Origin: Macrostomum lignano | Lineage: Eukaryota | Reading direction: 5' to 3' | DNA length: 64,000 bases | Assembly (NCBI GenBank): GCA_002269645.1 | Contig: NIVC01002447.1 | Coordinates: forward strand, 147,447 to 211,446 | Shown: in pieces, positions 36,318 to 49,000 of the stretch | Position numbering within the stretch: the first letter of the stretch is position 1 | Layout of the letters: each line of letters begins with the position of its first letter | Made by a program: the position numbers and the translations under genes | Notes under the pieces: generated by a model | What the model saw: only the letters and a program-made list of their open reading frames with translations | What the model was told of the DNA's origin: nothing | Databases searched by the model: none

Positions 36318-39300
36318 CTAGCGTGGTCGTAGGTTGTAGCCATGTGGCTGGCTCACATCTGTCGTTTGAGTCTCCTCGTGCTTCGTCGCGATGTGGCGGT
36401 TCGTTGAACGCGTGCGATCAGCGTTGTCTAATGTCGGTAGAAACGTCGCTGTGTCAGTGTTGATCTTCTTTAGTCGATGAATGTGTACGTAGAACTGGTG
36501 CTGATGTGGATCTTGTACATTAGCCAGGCGTGCCGTTGTTGGTGACGTTAGTTGGACCACTCGATAGGGTCCTTTGTACTTCTGTGCATGTTTATGCGTC
36601 TGCTGTGGCGGGTAGTGTAGGTAGACGATGTCGCCGGCCGTCAGGGTTGTCGATCTCGCGTCGTTGCCGGTGGTCAGAGCCACCTGGTTGTCAATGTTGT
36701 GCTTGGCGATCTTCCATGCGAGGTGTAGTTGCGTGACGAATTTCTGAATGGAAGTCGGTACTTCCACGTACTGCGATGGTAGCAATTGCTGTGCGAGCAG
36801 ATTCGGCGGTTGGAAGTCTCGTCCAAACATTAGGAAGAATGGCGTATTGTCCGTTGATCGATGAATAGCGCTGTTGTAGGCCATTGTTACAGATTGCAGG
36901 TAGATGATCCAGTCTTCCGGCTGTTGGTGCGCGAAATGTGTAATCATCTCGTGCAGGTTGCGGTGAAACCGTTCAACCATGTTTGCCTTCGGATTGTAGG
37001 TCGATGTGTAGATCTGCGTAATGTTGAGAATCCTTACGACTTGCTGAAACAGTTGCGATGTAAACTGCGATCCGTTGTCCGATGTGAGGTTCTTTGGCGT
37101 GCCGTACTTGCAAATGATTTCGTTGAAGAAACTCATTGCCACTGTCTGAGCTGTGATGTCCGGTATCGGTATGGCGATAGCAAACTTCGAGAAGATATCC
37201 AAGGCGGTTAGAATGTAGGTGTAGGCGATGCCCTGGAGACAGCTCGGTGGCAGTGGTCCGGTGATGTCGATGCTTAGACAGTCCATTGTAGTCGACTTCG
37301 GAATGGACTGTAGCTGCGGTTTCTGTCGTCGTCCTGTCTTTGATGCAGCACATGAATGGCAGTTGTTGCAATACTGCTTGATGTCGCCGTACATAGTTGG
37401 CCAAAAGTAGTATTGTTCCACTCTCGCGATGGTCTTTGCGGCCGACAGGTGTCCAGCGAGTGGGTTGTCGTGCAGCTCGTTGAGAATTGCTTGCCGAAAC
37501 GAATATGGTACGTAGATCTTGGGTTTATTGTCGCTCATCCAGTAGAGCCGTGACTTATTGATTGTTAGGTGTTGTCGTTGCTTGCGTAGGAATTTTCGTT
37601 CCATGGGACTGAGTTTGATGTTCTTGTCGTCGTCTTTAACCGCTTGGTAGAAGTTGTCGCGCTCGGTTTCATCCACCAACTCCTTGATGTTAGGGATTGG
37701 ATGAATGGCGTTGACTTCATAGGCTCTTGACAGGGCGTCCGCGGCTTTGTTGGTAATTCCTGGTTTGTAGACGAGTTTGTAGTTGTAATCCTGGATCTTG
37801 AGTGTCATCCTGATGAGTCGGTTGTTGGTCTGTCCTTTTGTAGTTACGACGTAGGTCAATGGTGCATGATCCGTGCGTACTATCGTCTGTATTGGAGAAC
37901 CATAGATGTAGTAATGAAACTGTCGCAGGGCGAACAAGACTCCTAGTAGCTCTCGTTCCGTAGCTGACCACTTTGTCTCATTTGGTTTGAGTGCTCGACT
38001 GACGTAAGCAATAGGTCGTTCCTTCTTGTCCTCGGTTTCCTGTAGTAGGACTGCTCCGAGTCCCGTTCCTGAGGCGTCTGTCTCGATGATGAAGGGCTTG
38101 TCGAAGTCCGGATGCTGTAGCAGTGCGTCTGATGTCAGCTGTCGTTTGATTTCGTCGAAACTTTCCTGTTGTCTCTGTGTCCAGTTGTCTTGCTTCCATT
38201 TGTCGAACTTGAGCAGGTCGTACAGTGGCTTTGCTGTCTTTGCGAAGTTAGGTAAGAACTTCCTGAAGTATTGCGCAAGTCCAAGGAATGATTGGACCTT
38301 CGTTATACTGGTTGGCGTAGGAAACTTCTTCACCTTTTCCACGTTGTCTGGGTCCGGTGAGATTCCTTTGGCTGTCACCTGATGTCCCAGGTAACGCACG
38401 TTGTCTCGGAAGAATTTGCATTTAGTTGGTTGTAGCTTCAGACCTTGGCGTTGAATAGCGCGAGGGCCTTCTCCGTCGCTTCATAGAGTCGTTCGAAATC
38501 TCTCCGTAGGCCAAATGTCGTCGACATAGTGCAACAGGTTCGTGCATCCTGCTAGCATGTATGCTGTTAGTCGACTCATCGTTGCTGGGCTGTTGCTAGT
38601 CCCATCGGCGATCGATTGTACTCGTATACTTGTCCATTGTAGGTTTTGAAAGCCGTGTACTGTCGTGACTCTTTCTCGATTTCAATTTGCCAAAATCCAT
38701 GACGTAGGTCGAACACCGTGAACAATTTTGCCGTGTTGAGCTTTGCTAGTAGTTCGGAGATCTTCGGTAGGCTTTGCTGATCCGTCGGTATGTACTTGTT
38801 CAACAGTCTGAAGTCGCATACGAGTCGTCTTTCGTTTGTCTCCTTCTTCTGTACCAGTAGGCACGGTGAGGAGTAAGCCGAAATAGCTTTGCTGATGATG
38901 CCGTGCTTTAGCATTTTATCGATGATTTCGTCAAAGTGTTGTTGCAGATGCTTGGCGATCGGGTACGGCTTGCACTGAATTGGTTCCGTGTGCGGCAGAA
39001 GTTTGATTTCCTGTTTGATGTCCTTGGCTCGTCCGATGTCGTAATCATGATGGCAGAAGGCTTCGTTGTACTTCCACAACAGCTGTCGAACTTTCCTCTT
39101 TTGCTGTTCCGTAATCGGGCTGTCATCCAAATTGATCTTCTTTTGAAATTCTTCCTCTGTTAGTCGTGGAGTCGCTTGTTCAATCAGCATAACCGATGCT
39201 TGGGTGTTGAGATGACCGATGCACATTCCTTGTCGTAGATGAACCGTTTCTGTGTTCGGGTTGAAGATTTGTACTGGCAGTTGCTTATCCTTTGCAACCA

Positions 39301-39823
39301 GCACTAGTGCCGTAGGCATCATGATTTGATGTTTTGCCGTGACTCTCCTGTGTGGATCAAATATCATTGCTTCATCTGCCGCGCTGGTCGTTTTCGCTCT
39401 GACCCAGCATGCGCTTTCAGGCTGGATAATGACATCTTGCTGCAGAGTTACTTTCGGTAGTACTCGAATCTGGTTGATCAGCGGTTGCTCCACCGTGTCG
39501 ATCCTAAACGTTTGCTTGTTGAAGTCGAAGGTCAATGGTAGTTGAAGCTGCTTGAACGTGTCGATTCCAACGATGACGTCTTGGTTTGGTAGTCTGTCGA
39601 TGATGTACGTCGGGACCGTCAGCTGTTTATTAGCAATTTTCAAGTCGATATCTGCTTTTCCTAGGATGTTGAGTGAATGTCCTCCTGCTCCTGCAACTGC
39701 GATTGCTGCTGGTCGTACCGCGAGTCGTAGCTTGTTGCATAATTGTTGCGAGATGACTGTGATCGAGCTGCCTGAATCCAGTAGTGCTCGACATGGCAAG
39801 TTGTTGACAATGACCTGAGCCAT
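36318..39823 (-). CDS. pol: pol (protease-RT-RNase H-integrase), copy 1, broken by indels at ~38450-38600; frame open upstream to 40063
   Basis: ALLDSGS; LVCDFRLLN; FDLRHGFWQI; YVDD; ETDASG...ERELL...TDHAPL; HHCC; DITGP, SDNGSQF, MVERFHR; GPY. Confidence 0.95.
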
Positions 39824-40008
39824 TGCTTTGCCAATCTCGGCGTGTAGCGTACAGACGTAGTTTTCCGGCCATTTTGGCTCGTGCTGTTCTGCTTGATAGT
39901 TGGGTGGTTGTATCCTTGGTGCCGTTGGTGTTGTCGGAATCGATGGATATAGCCGCGTTGCTAGTGTCGGTTGCCCTTGAACCTCACAATGTGCAGTTTC
40001 TGTTAGTT

Positions 40009-42456
40009 CTAAACTGTTGTCGCTTCCGTTGTCGTTCTTTGCATTATGGCATTCACTGTCTTCTTAGCTCTTGGACAAGTTTGACTGAAGCACCGTACGA
40101 TCGATGAAATGATGAAGATTGCCGTGACAATCCACACAATGCAAGCACCGTAGAAGATGAATCCTTGATAGAGACTGCCTCTTCCATTGAGCAGCTCCCA
40201 GAAGCTATTTGTCCAAAATGATTTGATGGCGCTGTCCATTGAAACAAGGACGGGAAATCTTCCTGTCCCGGTTCCTTTGTCCTTTCTTGTGAACAGCTGG
40301 TGAATCATCTTGCGTTGGGTGATGAACGCTTGCAAGAAGTCGTTGATCGTCCATCCTGGTGTTATCTCGTCAAGTTGGATATCGGCGAATGGCGTATACT
40401 TCGTTCTGTTGAATCGGATTTTCAAATCCTCCATGTCGTAGTTTTCGTCGACGATTACTTCCGGTTCTGTGACGTTTGCTGTCGTTCCAGTTGTTTTGAT
40501 GACGTGTAGTGCATTGTCCAGTTGATAGTAGTTTGCTGCCGTGGTGCAAGGTCTCGGTATTGCGGTGCCAACGATGATGTTGTGTACCGTGTCCAAGAAT
40601 CCCTGAATTCGTTTTCCTTCGTAGAACGCTTCAATCCTTGGCTTGTCGTAGCAGGTTGTTGACGTGTTCGACGGCAAGATGTTAAAGTGCTGTATCGGCG
40701 TGCACTTGTATATCAACAGATGCTCGTATATTGGAACTGCCAAAACGTTCGTCATTCCGGTGATTTTACGAAAAGTCATCGTAGGGTTGACATAGTAGTT
40801 TTGTCTGGCATAATTTAAGTTGATTGCGTGCATTTTGCAAGTTAGCTGGACCAGTGTTCGATGCAAGTGGTTTAACTGGTTGTGTAGATTGTGATCCAAA
40901 GCCGTTATCTTTGCTGACAGTAGTCGGTTTGACACCAGTTTGGGACGTTCGATGTCACGTCGTCGTCTGTTCTGTTGTTCCTGCTGTTGATACGTTCCGT
41001 TGATGATCGCCAGAAAGGTTTGTTTGTCGTCATCTTTTACGTAGACTGGTATCTCTTGTTCCGAGATGAATAGTGTCTTGTCTGTATCCTTGCATTTCAG
41101 TTTTTGCTCGACTGGTTTCTTTTGAAACGTCAGTGCCAAGTCTCCTGACTTTGCCAAAAACGTATTTGACAGTAGTCCTCCTTCAACTGTGTGATACTTT
41201 TGAAGCTTGCAGTCAATTTCCGGCTCAACTTCCCACGCGAAGAAGTATTGTCGTGACTTAGATGGTTCTTCATATCGTGAGTCGCCTCTGCGTATAATTT
41301 GCCATCGATAGTCTTGATGATATGTTGGACTCAACGGTAAGCTGTATAGTTCCTCATTCCGCAGTATCGGCGTTGGACACCATCCTTTGCTGTATCGGCA
41401 GTCGCTTAATTGCAGTTGTAGCGACTCCATTTTTTCAAAAGGATTGTGATAGAATGGAATATTCCTGATTAGGTAACTGTTTCGTGTCATGTAGTTAGTC
41501 CATGCTTCCGAAAAGTGTACATATCGTCCGTTTGCTGAGTTCTTCGTTCGGTAAAGTTGTGCCTCCCCCACTTTCTCATCCGGTTCTAGCTGACCATCCT
41601 TTGAGAACAGTGTTTGGTTCCATTGTAGACATTCAGCGTGCGACACATGTAGTTCGTGTTGCCAAAATCGAATTCTGTTCCACTGTCCTCGCCAAACTTT
41701 TTCCACTAGGTGCTTGTCTCTAAAGCACACTATTCCGAGTTGTCGATGCTTCTTGATGTTAGCTTTGTAGAGATCAATTGTGATCTTCTTTGGCTTCGTC
41801 TGGTTTGTCTTGAAGTAGCTGCATTTGATGTCGGTTGGTATCTTGTAGATCATTGGTTGGATATGCGCATCCGTTGGACATATCATTGGTTTCTCCATTG
41901 CCGTTGCTTTGGCGACTACTGCTATCAGTAGTATCACGATGATCCAGAGCAGCCAGTTTTTCCACTTCTTGGACCTTGCCGTTGTCTTTGCTGGCATTGG
42001 CTGCGATTGCCATTCGTTATCCTCCATGTCCGCATCGTATTCTTTCGGTTGTTCCATTGGCTGATTCAGGCGGAAGGCTTCTGATTTGCTTTGCTCTTTG
42101 GTTATTTCAGTATCTTCGTCTGTAGCTTCTTCCGATGTTTCCGTTGTTTCACTCCATTGCGTTTGGTATCTTTTCTCTGCCTTGTAGTCGACCGTTTGAA
42201 TATAGGCTTCACCATTTCGTTTGTATCGGATCTCGTAGCATTCGTCGCTGTCGGAACTCGGCTTTTCTTTCATCTGTTCTTTTTCCATTTCTTCATCTTT
42301 CCATTGTATTTCGTAGCCTTGATCGCTGTCGGAACTTAGATTTTCCGCTCTCAGTTCTTCCTGCATTCCTTCTTCGGCTCGGTATCCATTCGTATCATCA
42401 TGCACTTCGCAGTCGTGATCGTTGCCGTAACTTATACATTCTTCTTCTTCCTTCAT
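40009..42456 (-). CDS. env: Acidic linker plus envelope glycoprotein (gB/class III-like), copy 1
   Basis: Signal KWKNWLLWIIVILLIAVVAKATA, Cys-rich ectodomain, RRRR furin site, C-x16-NP-x8-G-x17-C block, C-terminal TM and short tail. Confidence 0.85.
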   Translation of the reverse strand: MKEEEECISYGNDHDCEVHDDTNGYRAEEGMQEELRAENLSSDSDQGYEIQWKDEEMEKEQMKEKPSSDSDECYEIRYKRNGEAYIQTVDYKAEKRYQTQWSETTETSEEATDEDTEITKEQSKSEAFRLNQPMEQPKEYDADMEDNEWQSQPMPAKTTARSKKWKNWLLWIIVILLIAVVAKATAMEKPMICPTDAHIQPMIYKIPTDIKCSYFKTNQTKPKKITIDLYKANIKKHRQLGIVCFRDKHLVEKVWRGQWNRIRFWQHELHVSHAECLQWNQTLFSKDGQLEPDEKVGEAQLYRTKNSANGRYVHFSEAWTNYMTRNSYLIRNIPFYHNPFEKMESLQLQLSDCRYSKGWCPTPILRNEELYSLPLSPTYHQDYRWQIIRRGDSRYEEPSKSRQYFFAWEVEPEIDCKLQKYHTVEGGLLSNTFLAKSGDLALTFQKKPVEQKLKCKDTDKTLFISEQEIPVYVKDDDKQTFLAIINGTYQQQEQQNRRRRDIERPKLVSNRLLSAKITALDHNLHNQLNHLHRTLVQLTCKMHAINLNYARQNYYVNPTMTFRKITGMTNVLAVPIYEHLLIYKCTPIQHFNILPSNTSTTCYDKPRIEAFYEGKRIQGFLDTVHNIIVGTAIPRPCTTAANYYQLDNALHVIKTTGTTANVTEPEVIVDENYDMEDLKIRFNRTKYTPFADIQLDEITPGWTINDFLQAFITQRKMIHQLFTRKDKGTGTGRFPVLVSMDSAIKSFWTNSFWELLNGRGSLYQGFIFYGACIVWIVTAIFIISSIVRCFSQTCPRAKKTVNAIMQRTTTEATTV

Positions 42457-43808
42457 TTCTTTGTCTTTCGTGCTTGTTTTTCGTCATCCACTGTTGTCGA
42501 TTCATAGTTGTTTTCTCTGCCAGTCTTCATCTTTTCTTCGTTGCCGGTGTCGCTCTCCGTCTCCTCCCTTTTTTTGTGATTTACTTTCTTCCTGTTTTCT
42601 CTGCTGTCTCCGGTGGTCTCTTTTAATTTGATCATTTCGGTTTCATTCGCCTCTTCTGTGTTGTCAGTGTTGTCCTCGTGCGTCGTCTTCTTTTCGATCA
42701 AGCTGATGTCAAGTTCCGGGACTGTGAAGTCCATTTCCAAGTCGTCAATTGTGAACACTTGCTGTTCCTGCTGCTCATTTTCCGGTGTGTACGTGATGGC
42801 ATTCGCGTATCGTGGCATTGCTTGCGTTGGCTGTCTTTGTGCGTACCTGGCATTGCGTGGCCTGTAGCCATTATTTCTGAAGCGGCCTTCGTTTCCGAAG
42901 CGGCCATCATTTCCGGAGCGGTCATTATTTCCGAAGCGTCTATCATTTCCGACGCGTCTTATGCTTTGTTGTTGGCGATTTTGATATTGCTGCCATGGTT
43001 TCTGCGGCTTCTGATTGTTGAATATCTGTCGCGGCTTGTCGTATCTTGTTGACCAATGAGGACAATTAATCTGATAATGTCCTTCTTGTCCGCAGTAGTA
43101 ACATCTGGCTGAGGCTTGTTCATTTCGTCTTTTTTGTTCGGCGATAGCAGCTGTCTGGTGCTGCATTAACTTGTTTAGTTGCTGCGTCAGTTTCTGCACT
43201 TCATTGTTGCCTGTCGTCATTAATGGGGCACTGGCTTCCCACTGCATTCCGCACCGCAAAAGGTCTTCTTCGGTTTCGATATTTTCACGCAAAAGTCTAT
43301 CCCGAAGTGACGGCTGTGCGTTGTTTATTACGTGCAGGATGAGGTTTTGTTCGCGATCCATCAATCGTTGTCTTTCTCTGGCGGCCAATTCTGCCGCTCC
43401 CAGTGGCGGTTGGTCCGCAGCTTGCAGCGGTGGCTGATGCAGTGCCTTAATTATCTGGCGGATATCGTCCACAAAGGCGAGGAAGGATTCTGTTGCTTGC
43501 ATCCTTCTGTTATGCAACTTGTGCAGCAGCACTGATCTGTTTGTGCCGCAACGGTTGAAATGCGCGCGCAGTTGAATGATTAGTGCTGGATAATTTTGCT
43601 GTGTTGCTGCATCCAGCTTGCCGTAAATTTCTCGCGCAGTACCTTGGAGAAGAGGTGGCAGCAGCTGTGCCTTCTCTGGATTTTGTAGGTTGTATTCCCT
43701 ACATACCAGGTCAAAGTGGTCGACAAATGTGTTAAAATCTTTCTCCATCGAGAAGGTACCGACCGTTTCTTTGATGTCTCTGTGTACCGTTGGATTGCGC
43801 CGCGCCAT
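42453..43808 (-). CDS. gag: gag, copy 1 (separated from env by a 1-nt difference in an A-run relative to copy 2)
   Basis: Capsid-like N-terminus (F..F...F...LL.G.A...Y..L...Y..L...L...F) and CYYCGQEGHYQINC zinc knuckle. Confidence 0.9.
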   Translation of the reverse strand: MARRNPTVHRDIKETVGTFSMEKDFNTFVDHFDLVCREYNLQNPEKAQLLPPLLQGTAREIYGKLDAATQQNYPALIIQLRAHFNRCGTNRSVLLHKLHNRRMQATESFLAFVDDIRQIIKALHQPPLQAADQPPLGAAELAARERQRLMDREQNLILHVINNAQPSLRDRLLRENIETEEDLLRCGMQWEASAPLMTTGNNEVQKLTQQLNKLMQHQTAAIAEQKRRNEQASARCYYCGQEGHYQINCPHWSTRYDKPRQIFNNQKPQKPWQQYQNRQQQSIRRVGNDRRFGNNDRSGNDGRFGNEGRFRNNGYRPRNARYAQRQPTQAMPRYANAITYTPENEQQEQQVFTIDDLEMDFTVPELDISLIEKKTTHEDNTDNTEEANETEMIKLKETTGDSRENRKKVNHKKREETESDTGNEEKMKTGRENNYESTTVDDEKQARKTKK

Positions 43809-44496
43809 GTTGTTGATAGGATAGAACGGTAGTTCAAGATCTGGATCGATTTGTAACGGATCGTCCAGTGTGGTGTTTGCCTCGGAATAAACCTCGACTG
43901 TAACGAATTGTCTTGTGGTGTCGATTTGTTATTCGCTGGCCTCGGATGCGGTGTGGCTTGCTGCCACTGGTTGTCCTCAAATGAACTTGTTCTGTTCGCT
44001 TGCTGATTTCGCACTTATGCGGCGTCCCGCAAAGTGTATCTTCAAGTTGAAGTGGGCTTTGTCTTCTTGTTTTGCAAAGTCTTTTTCTCTTCTTTGACTC
44101 TCTCTCTTTTGTCAATTAACTCCGCTCTCCACGAAGTTTCAATTAATTTCGGTTTTGTTTTTGTGCCGGCAAAATGTTTCAGTTATTTTTTGTTTGTTTT
44201 GCGTCGACGATTCTTTTATTTTCGGTTTGTTTTCAGTGTACCGATGAATTTAATTTCGGTTTTATTTTAACTCACACTTGCTCGAGCTCGTTAAAACAAA
44301 ATTTAACACGCGTGCTCAAACTGTACTCAAATTTGACAGGTGCTCAAACCTGTACACCAAAATTTACTCGAGTTTCAAAACGTAACGGACTTAAAAAGTG
44401 TTAACTCTAACACGTGCGCGCAAAATTAATGAAGTCGCTCTGTCGTCACTTTACAATAGCTTGATCAGGGCTATTGCTCAAAGTTTGAGTAGTGCC

Positions 44497-44514
44497 GAGA
44501 GGGCGAGATCACCA
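44497..44514 (-). promoter_or_regulatory. Primer binding site TGGTGATCTCGCCCTCTC; identical at 54228-54245
   Basis: TGG starts 2 nt after the LTR end on the minus strand; tRNA identity not assigned. Confidence 0.75.
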
Positions 44515-44516
44515 AT

Positions 44517-45372
44517 TGATGTGTTCCTTATTACCCGACTTTCGATAATCAAGGAACAATCACTTCTAGCTCAGCAGCTAGGCAACCCAGTAAGTCAACA
44601 GAAGGTATTCAATTACCTTGAGTCCTTTGGAGATCTCTCGGAGTAGTTCTCGATTGTCTTCAGTTGCTCTCGTATAGTCACTTCTGACTTTCGTTTGTAG
44701 AGCGGGTCCGATTCTTCTTTCTTCTTCAAATAGTTCCGGCCGGATTCTGTCGCTCGGACCAATGGGAAGCTTCCGAATTAACAGTGGGATCCCTGCGCCA
44801 AACTGCGGTCTAAATTAAGCCTCCTTCTTCTAGCAGTGCCTCTATGCACTCTAGGTATAGCTCCGGAAACCACTGATAGTCCTCTAAGATCTATCAGGGG
44901 CAGTCCTTCTGGAGACTGCAACCAATGGAGTCTAAACAGACTCAAGAGTCTCAACAGACTCAAATAGACTCAAGTCTCAATAGACTTGAGCGAGACGTCT
45001 CTAACACAACGGCGCAAATAAGGAAGGCTTACCGCAACAACTCGACCGAGTCTCGATTGACTTGGTATATCAGGAAGTCCTCCTAAGGCTTCCTCTTCGG
45101 AGCGCTCCTCTTCCGTGGGGAGAATGGCTCCGGTACCGCTTCAGATCGCTTGTATTTATAGACAAGTTTTTGATCCAAAATAGTATCATGACAATTCACG
45201 TGTTGCGCTAAAAGGGGAAAATGGCTCATGGCGTATTATTCTGGTAACATCTTTTTCTGGTAGCGTGATTCATTCAAAGCTTAGGCGCACATGCGTGTAC
45301 TTACTTACTTATAGTAGTATTATACGATTATCTTCTTTTTTCCTTTTTTAACGGGAGGTAGAACACTCTACA
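44517..45372 (-). repeat. LTR2 (shared middle LTR, 856 bp)
   Basis: Preceded by the PPT of copy 2 and followed by the PBS of copy 1 on the minus strand. Confidence 0.95.
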
Positions 45373-45552
45373 AAATCTCCCTTTTTTACGAAAAAACTCG
45401 TCCCGAGTTTTAACAATAAAATTCTGTGGTGATCAGTTAATATAGGAAATAAACAATTGATTTTGTGCGCGTCTAGTGAAGCGAGGGTTTGGTCAAAACT
45501 CTAAAAACTTTTCAGTACATATTGCGGTCAAAACTCGAATATCGCGTAGACA

Positions 45553-45927
45553 TCAAGTGGCATCAGGTTTGATCCGACACCACTTTCGAAACGTGCAGTC
45601 TCGCGGCATACTATTACATAAGGGGCATCCTATAACGCCCCTACTAGCGGTTTGCTTCAAACAGTGCATGCAAATAAAATGTTGGTGGTTACAATATTGA
45701 AACGTGCGCCAAGAATAACAATAGGCACATTGTCGCAAACTATCTCTACAGAGGGGACAATTCTGCCATGGCTGAATATAATGTGAATCGCTTAAACATT
45801 GTCCGCAAACTTTATGTTCGTTGATGCAAATAGTCGGTGGCTTGACAGCCAAGTCATCAGTTAAACATATCGGGCAGTCATATAGCTGCTGAGGCTGGGG
45901 CGCCTGTTTTGACAGTGCGTTGCCCAT
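45553..45927 (-). CDS. Accessory myristoylated tandem-RING protein, copy 2
   Basis: Same translation as copy 1. Confidence 0.85.
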   Translation of the reverse strand: MGNALSKQAPQPQQLYDCPICLTDDLAVKPPTICINEHKVCGQCLSDSHYIQPWQNCPLCRDSLRQCAYCYSWRTFQYCNHQHFICMHCLKQTASRGVIGCPLCNSMPRDCTFRKWCRIKPDAT

Positions 45928-46047
45928 AATTGTCGTCAATTTGTCGCTGTCTTTGTGTCGCTCGGATTAGTCGCCTTTTACGACAAGCTTGCGAAGCTGT
46001 AGTGCTATTCTTTATCCCGGTCACTACACGGGGTTGTTCTCTAAACT

Positions 46048-49000
46048 CTAGCGTGGTCGTAGGTTGTAGCCATGTGGCTGGCTCACATCTGTCGTTTGAG
46101 TCTCCTCGTGCTTCGTCGCGATGTGGCGGTTCGTTGAACGCGTGCGATCAGCGTTGTCTAATGTCGGTAGAAACGTCGCTGTGTCAGTGTTGATCTTCTT
46201 TAGTCGATGAATGTGCACGTAGAATGATGCTGATGTGGATCTTGTACATTAGCCAGGCGTGCCGTTGTTGGTGACGTTAGTTGGACCACTCGATAGGGTC
46301 CTTTATACTTCTGTGCATGTTTATGCGTCTGCTGCGGCGGGTAGTGTAGGTAAACGATGTCGCCGGCCGTCAGGGTTGTCGATCTCGCGTCGTTGCCGGT
46401 GGTCAGAGCCACCTGGTTGTCAATGTTGTGCTTGGCGATCTTCCATGCGAGGTGTAGTTGCGTGACGAATTTCTGAATGGAAGTCGGTACTTCCACGTAC
46501 TGCGATGGTAGCAATTGCTGTGCGAGCAGATTCGGCGGTTGGAAGTCTCGTCCAAACATTAGGAAGAATGGCGTATTGTCCGTTGATCGATGAATAGCGC
46601 TGTTGTAGGCCATTGTTACAGATTGCAGGTAGATGATCCAGTCTTCCGGCTGTTGGTGCGCGAAATGTGTAATCATCTCGTGCAGGTTGCGGTGAAACCG
46701 TTCAACCATGTTTGCCTTCGGATTGTAGGTCGATGTGTAGATCTGCGTAATGTTGAGAATCCTTACGACTTGCTGAAACAGTTGCGATGTAAACTGCGAT
46801 CCGTTGTCCGATGTGAGGTTCTTTGGCGTGCCGTACTTGCAAATGATTTCGTTGAAGAAACTCATTGCCACTGTCTGAGCTGTGATGTCCGGTATCGGTA
46901 TGGCGATAGCAAACTTCGAGAAGATATCCAAGGCGGTTAGAATGTAGGTGTAGGCGATGCCCTGGAGACAGCTCGGTGGCAGTGGTCCGGTGATGTCGAT
47001 GCTTAGACAGTCCATTGTAGTCGACTTCGGAATGGACTGTAGCTGCGGTTTCTGTCGTCGTCCTGTCTTTGATGCAGCACATGAATGGCAGTTGTTGCAA
47101 TACTGCTTGATGTCGCCGTACATAGTTGGCCAAAAGTAGTATTGTTCCACTCTCGCGATGGTCTTTGCGGCCGACAGGTGTCCAGCGAGTGGGTTGTCGT
47201 GCAGCTCGTTGAGAATTGCTTGCCGAAACGAATATGGTACGTAGATCTTGGGTTTATTGTCGCTCATCCAGTAGAGCCGTGACTTATTGATTGTTAGGTG
47301 TTGTCGTTGCTTGCGTAGGAATTTCGTTCCATGGGGCTAAGTTTGATGTTCTTGTCGTCGTCTTTAACCGCTTGGTAGAAGTTGTCGCGCTCGGTTTCAT
47401 CCACCAACTCCTTGATGTTAGGGATTGGATGAATGGCGTTGACTTCATAGGCTCTTGACAGGGCGTCCGCGGCTTTGTTGGTAATTCCTGGTTTGTAGAC
47501 GAGTTTGTAGTTGTAATCCTGGATCTTGAGTGTCATCCTGATGAGTCGGTTGTTGGTCTGTCCTTTTGTAGTTACGACGTAGGTCAATGGTGCATGATCC
47601 GTGCGTACTATCGTCTGTATTGGAGAACCATAGATGTAGTAATGAAACTGTCGCAGGGCGAACAAGACTCCTAGTAGCTCTCGTTCCGTAGCTGACCACT
47701 TTGTCTCATTTGGTTTGAGTGCTCGACTGACGTAAGCAATAGGTCGTTCCTTCTTGTCCTCGGTTTCCTGTAGTAGGACTGCTCCGAGTCCCGTTCCTGA
47801 GGCGTCTGTCTCGATGATGAAGGCTTGTCGAAGTCCGGATGCTGTAGCAGTGCGTCTGATGTCAGCTGTCGTTTGATTTCGTCGAAACTTTCCTGTTGTC
47901 TCTGTGTCCAGTTGTCTTGCTTCCATTTGTCGAACTTGAGCAGGTCGTACAGTGGCTTTGCTGTCTTTGCGAAGTTAGGTAAGAACTTCCTGAAGTATTG
48001 CGCAAGTCCAAGGAATGATTGGACCTTCGTTATACTGGTTGGCGTAGGAAACTTCTTCACCTTTTCCACGTTGTCTGGGTCCGGTGAGATTCCTTTGGCT
48101 GTCACCTGATGTCCCAGGTAACGCACGTTGTCTCGGAAGAATTTGCATTTAGTTGGTTGTAGCTTCAGACCTTGACGTTGTATAAGCGCGAGGGCCTTCT
48201 CCGTCGCTTCATAGAGTCGTTCGAAGTCTTCTCCGTGGCCAAGATGTCGTCAACATAGTGCAACAGGTTCGTGCATCCTGCAGCATGTATGCTGTTAGTC
48301 GGCTCATCGTTGCTGGGCTGTTGCTGAGTCCCATCGGCGATCGATTGTACTCGTATACTTGTCCATTGTAGGTTTTGAAAGCCGTGTACTGTCGTGACTC
48401 TTTCTCGATTTCAATTTGCCAAAATCCATGACGTAGGTCGAACACCGTGAACAATTTTGCCGTGTTGAGCTTTGCTAGTAGTTCGGAGATCTTCGGTAGG
48501 CTTTGCTGATCCGTCGGTATGTACTTGTTCAACAGTCTGAAGTCGCATACGAGTCGTCTTTCGTTTGTCTCCTTCTTCTGTACCAGTAGGCACGGTGAGG
48601 AGTAAGCCGAAATAGCTTTGCTGATGATGCCGTGCTTTAGCATTTTATCGATGATTTCGTCAAAGTGTTGTTGCAGATGCTTGGCGATCGGGTACGGCTT
48701 GCACTGAATTGGTTCCGTGTGCGGCAGAAGTTTGATTTCCTGTTTGATGTCCTTGGCTCGTCCGATGTCGTAATCATGATGGCAGAAGGCTTCGTTGTAC
48801 TTCCACAACAGCTGTCGAACTTTCCTCTTTTGCTGTTCCGTAATCGGGCTGTCATCCAAATTGATCTTCTTTTGAAATTCTTCCTCTGTTAGTCGTGGAG
48901 TCGCTTGTTCAATCAGCATAACCGATGCTTGGGTGTTGAGATGACCGATGCACATTCCTTGTCGTAGATGAACCGTTTCTGTGTTCGGGTTGAAGATTTG

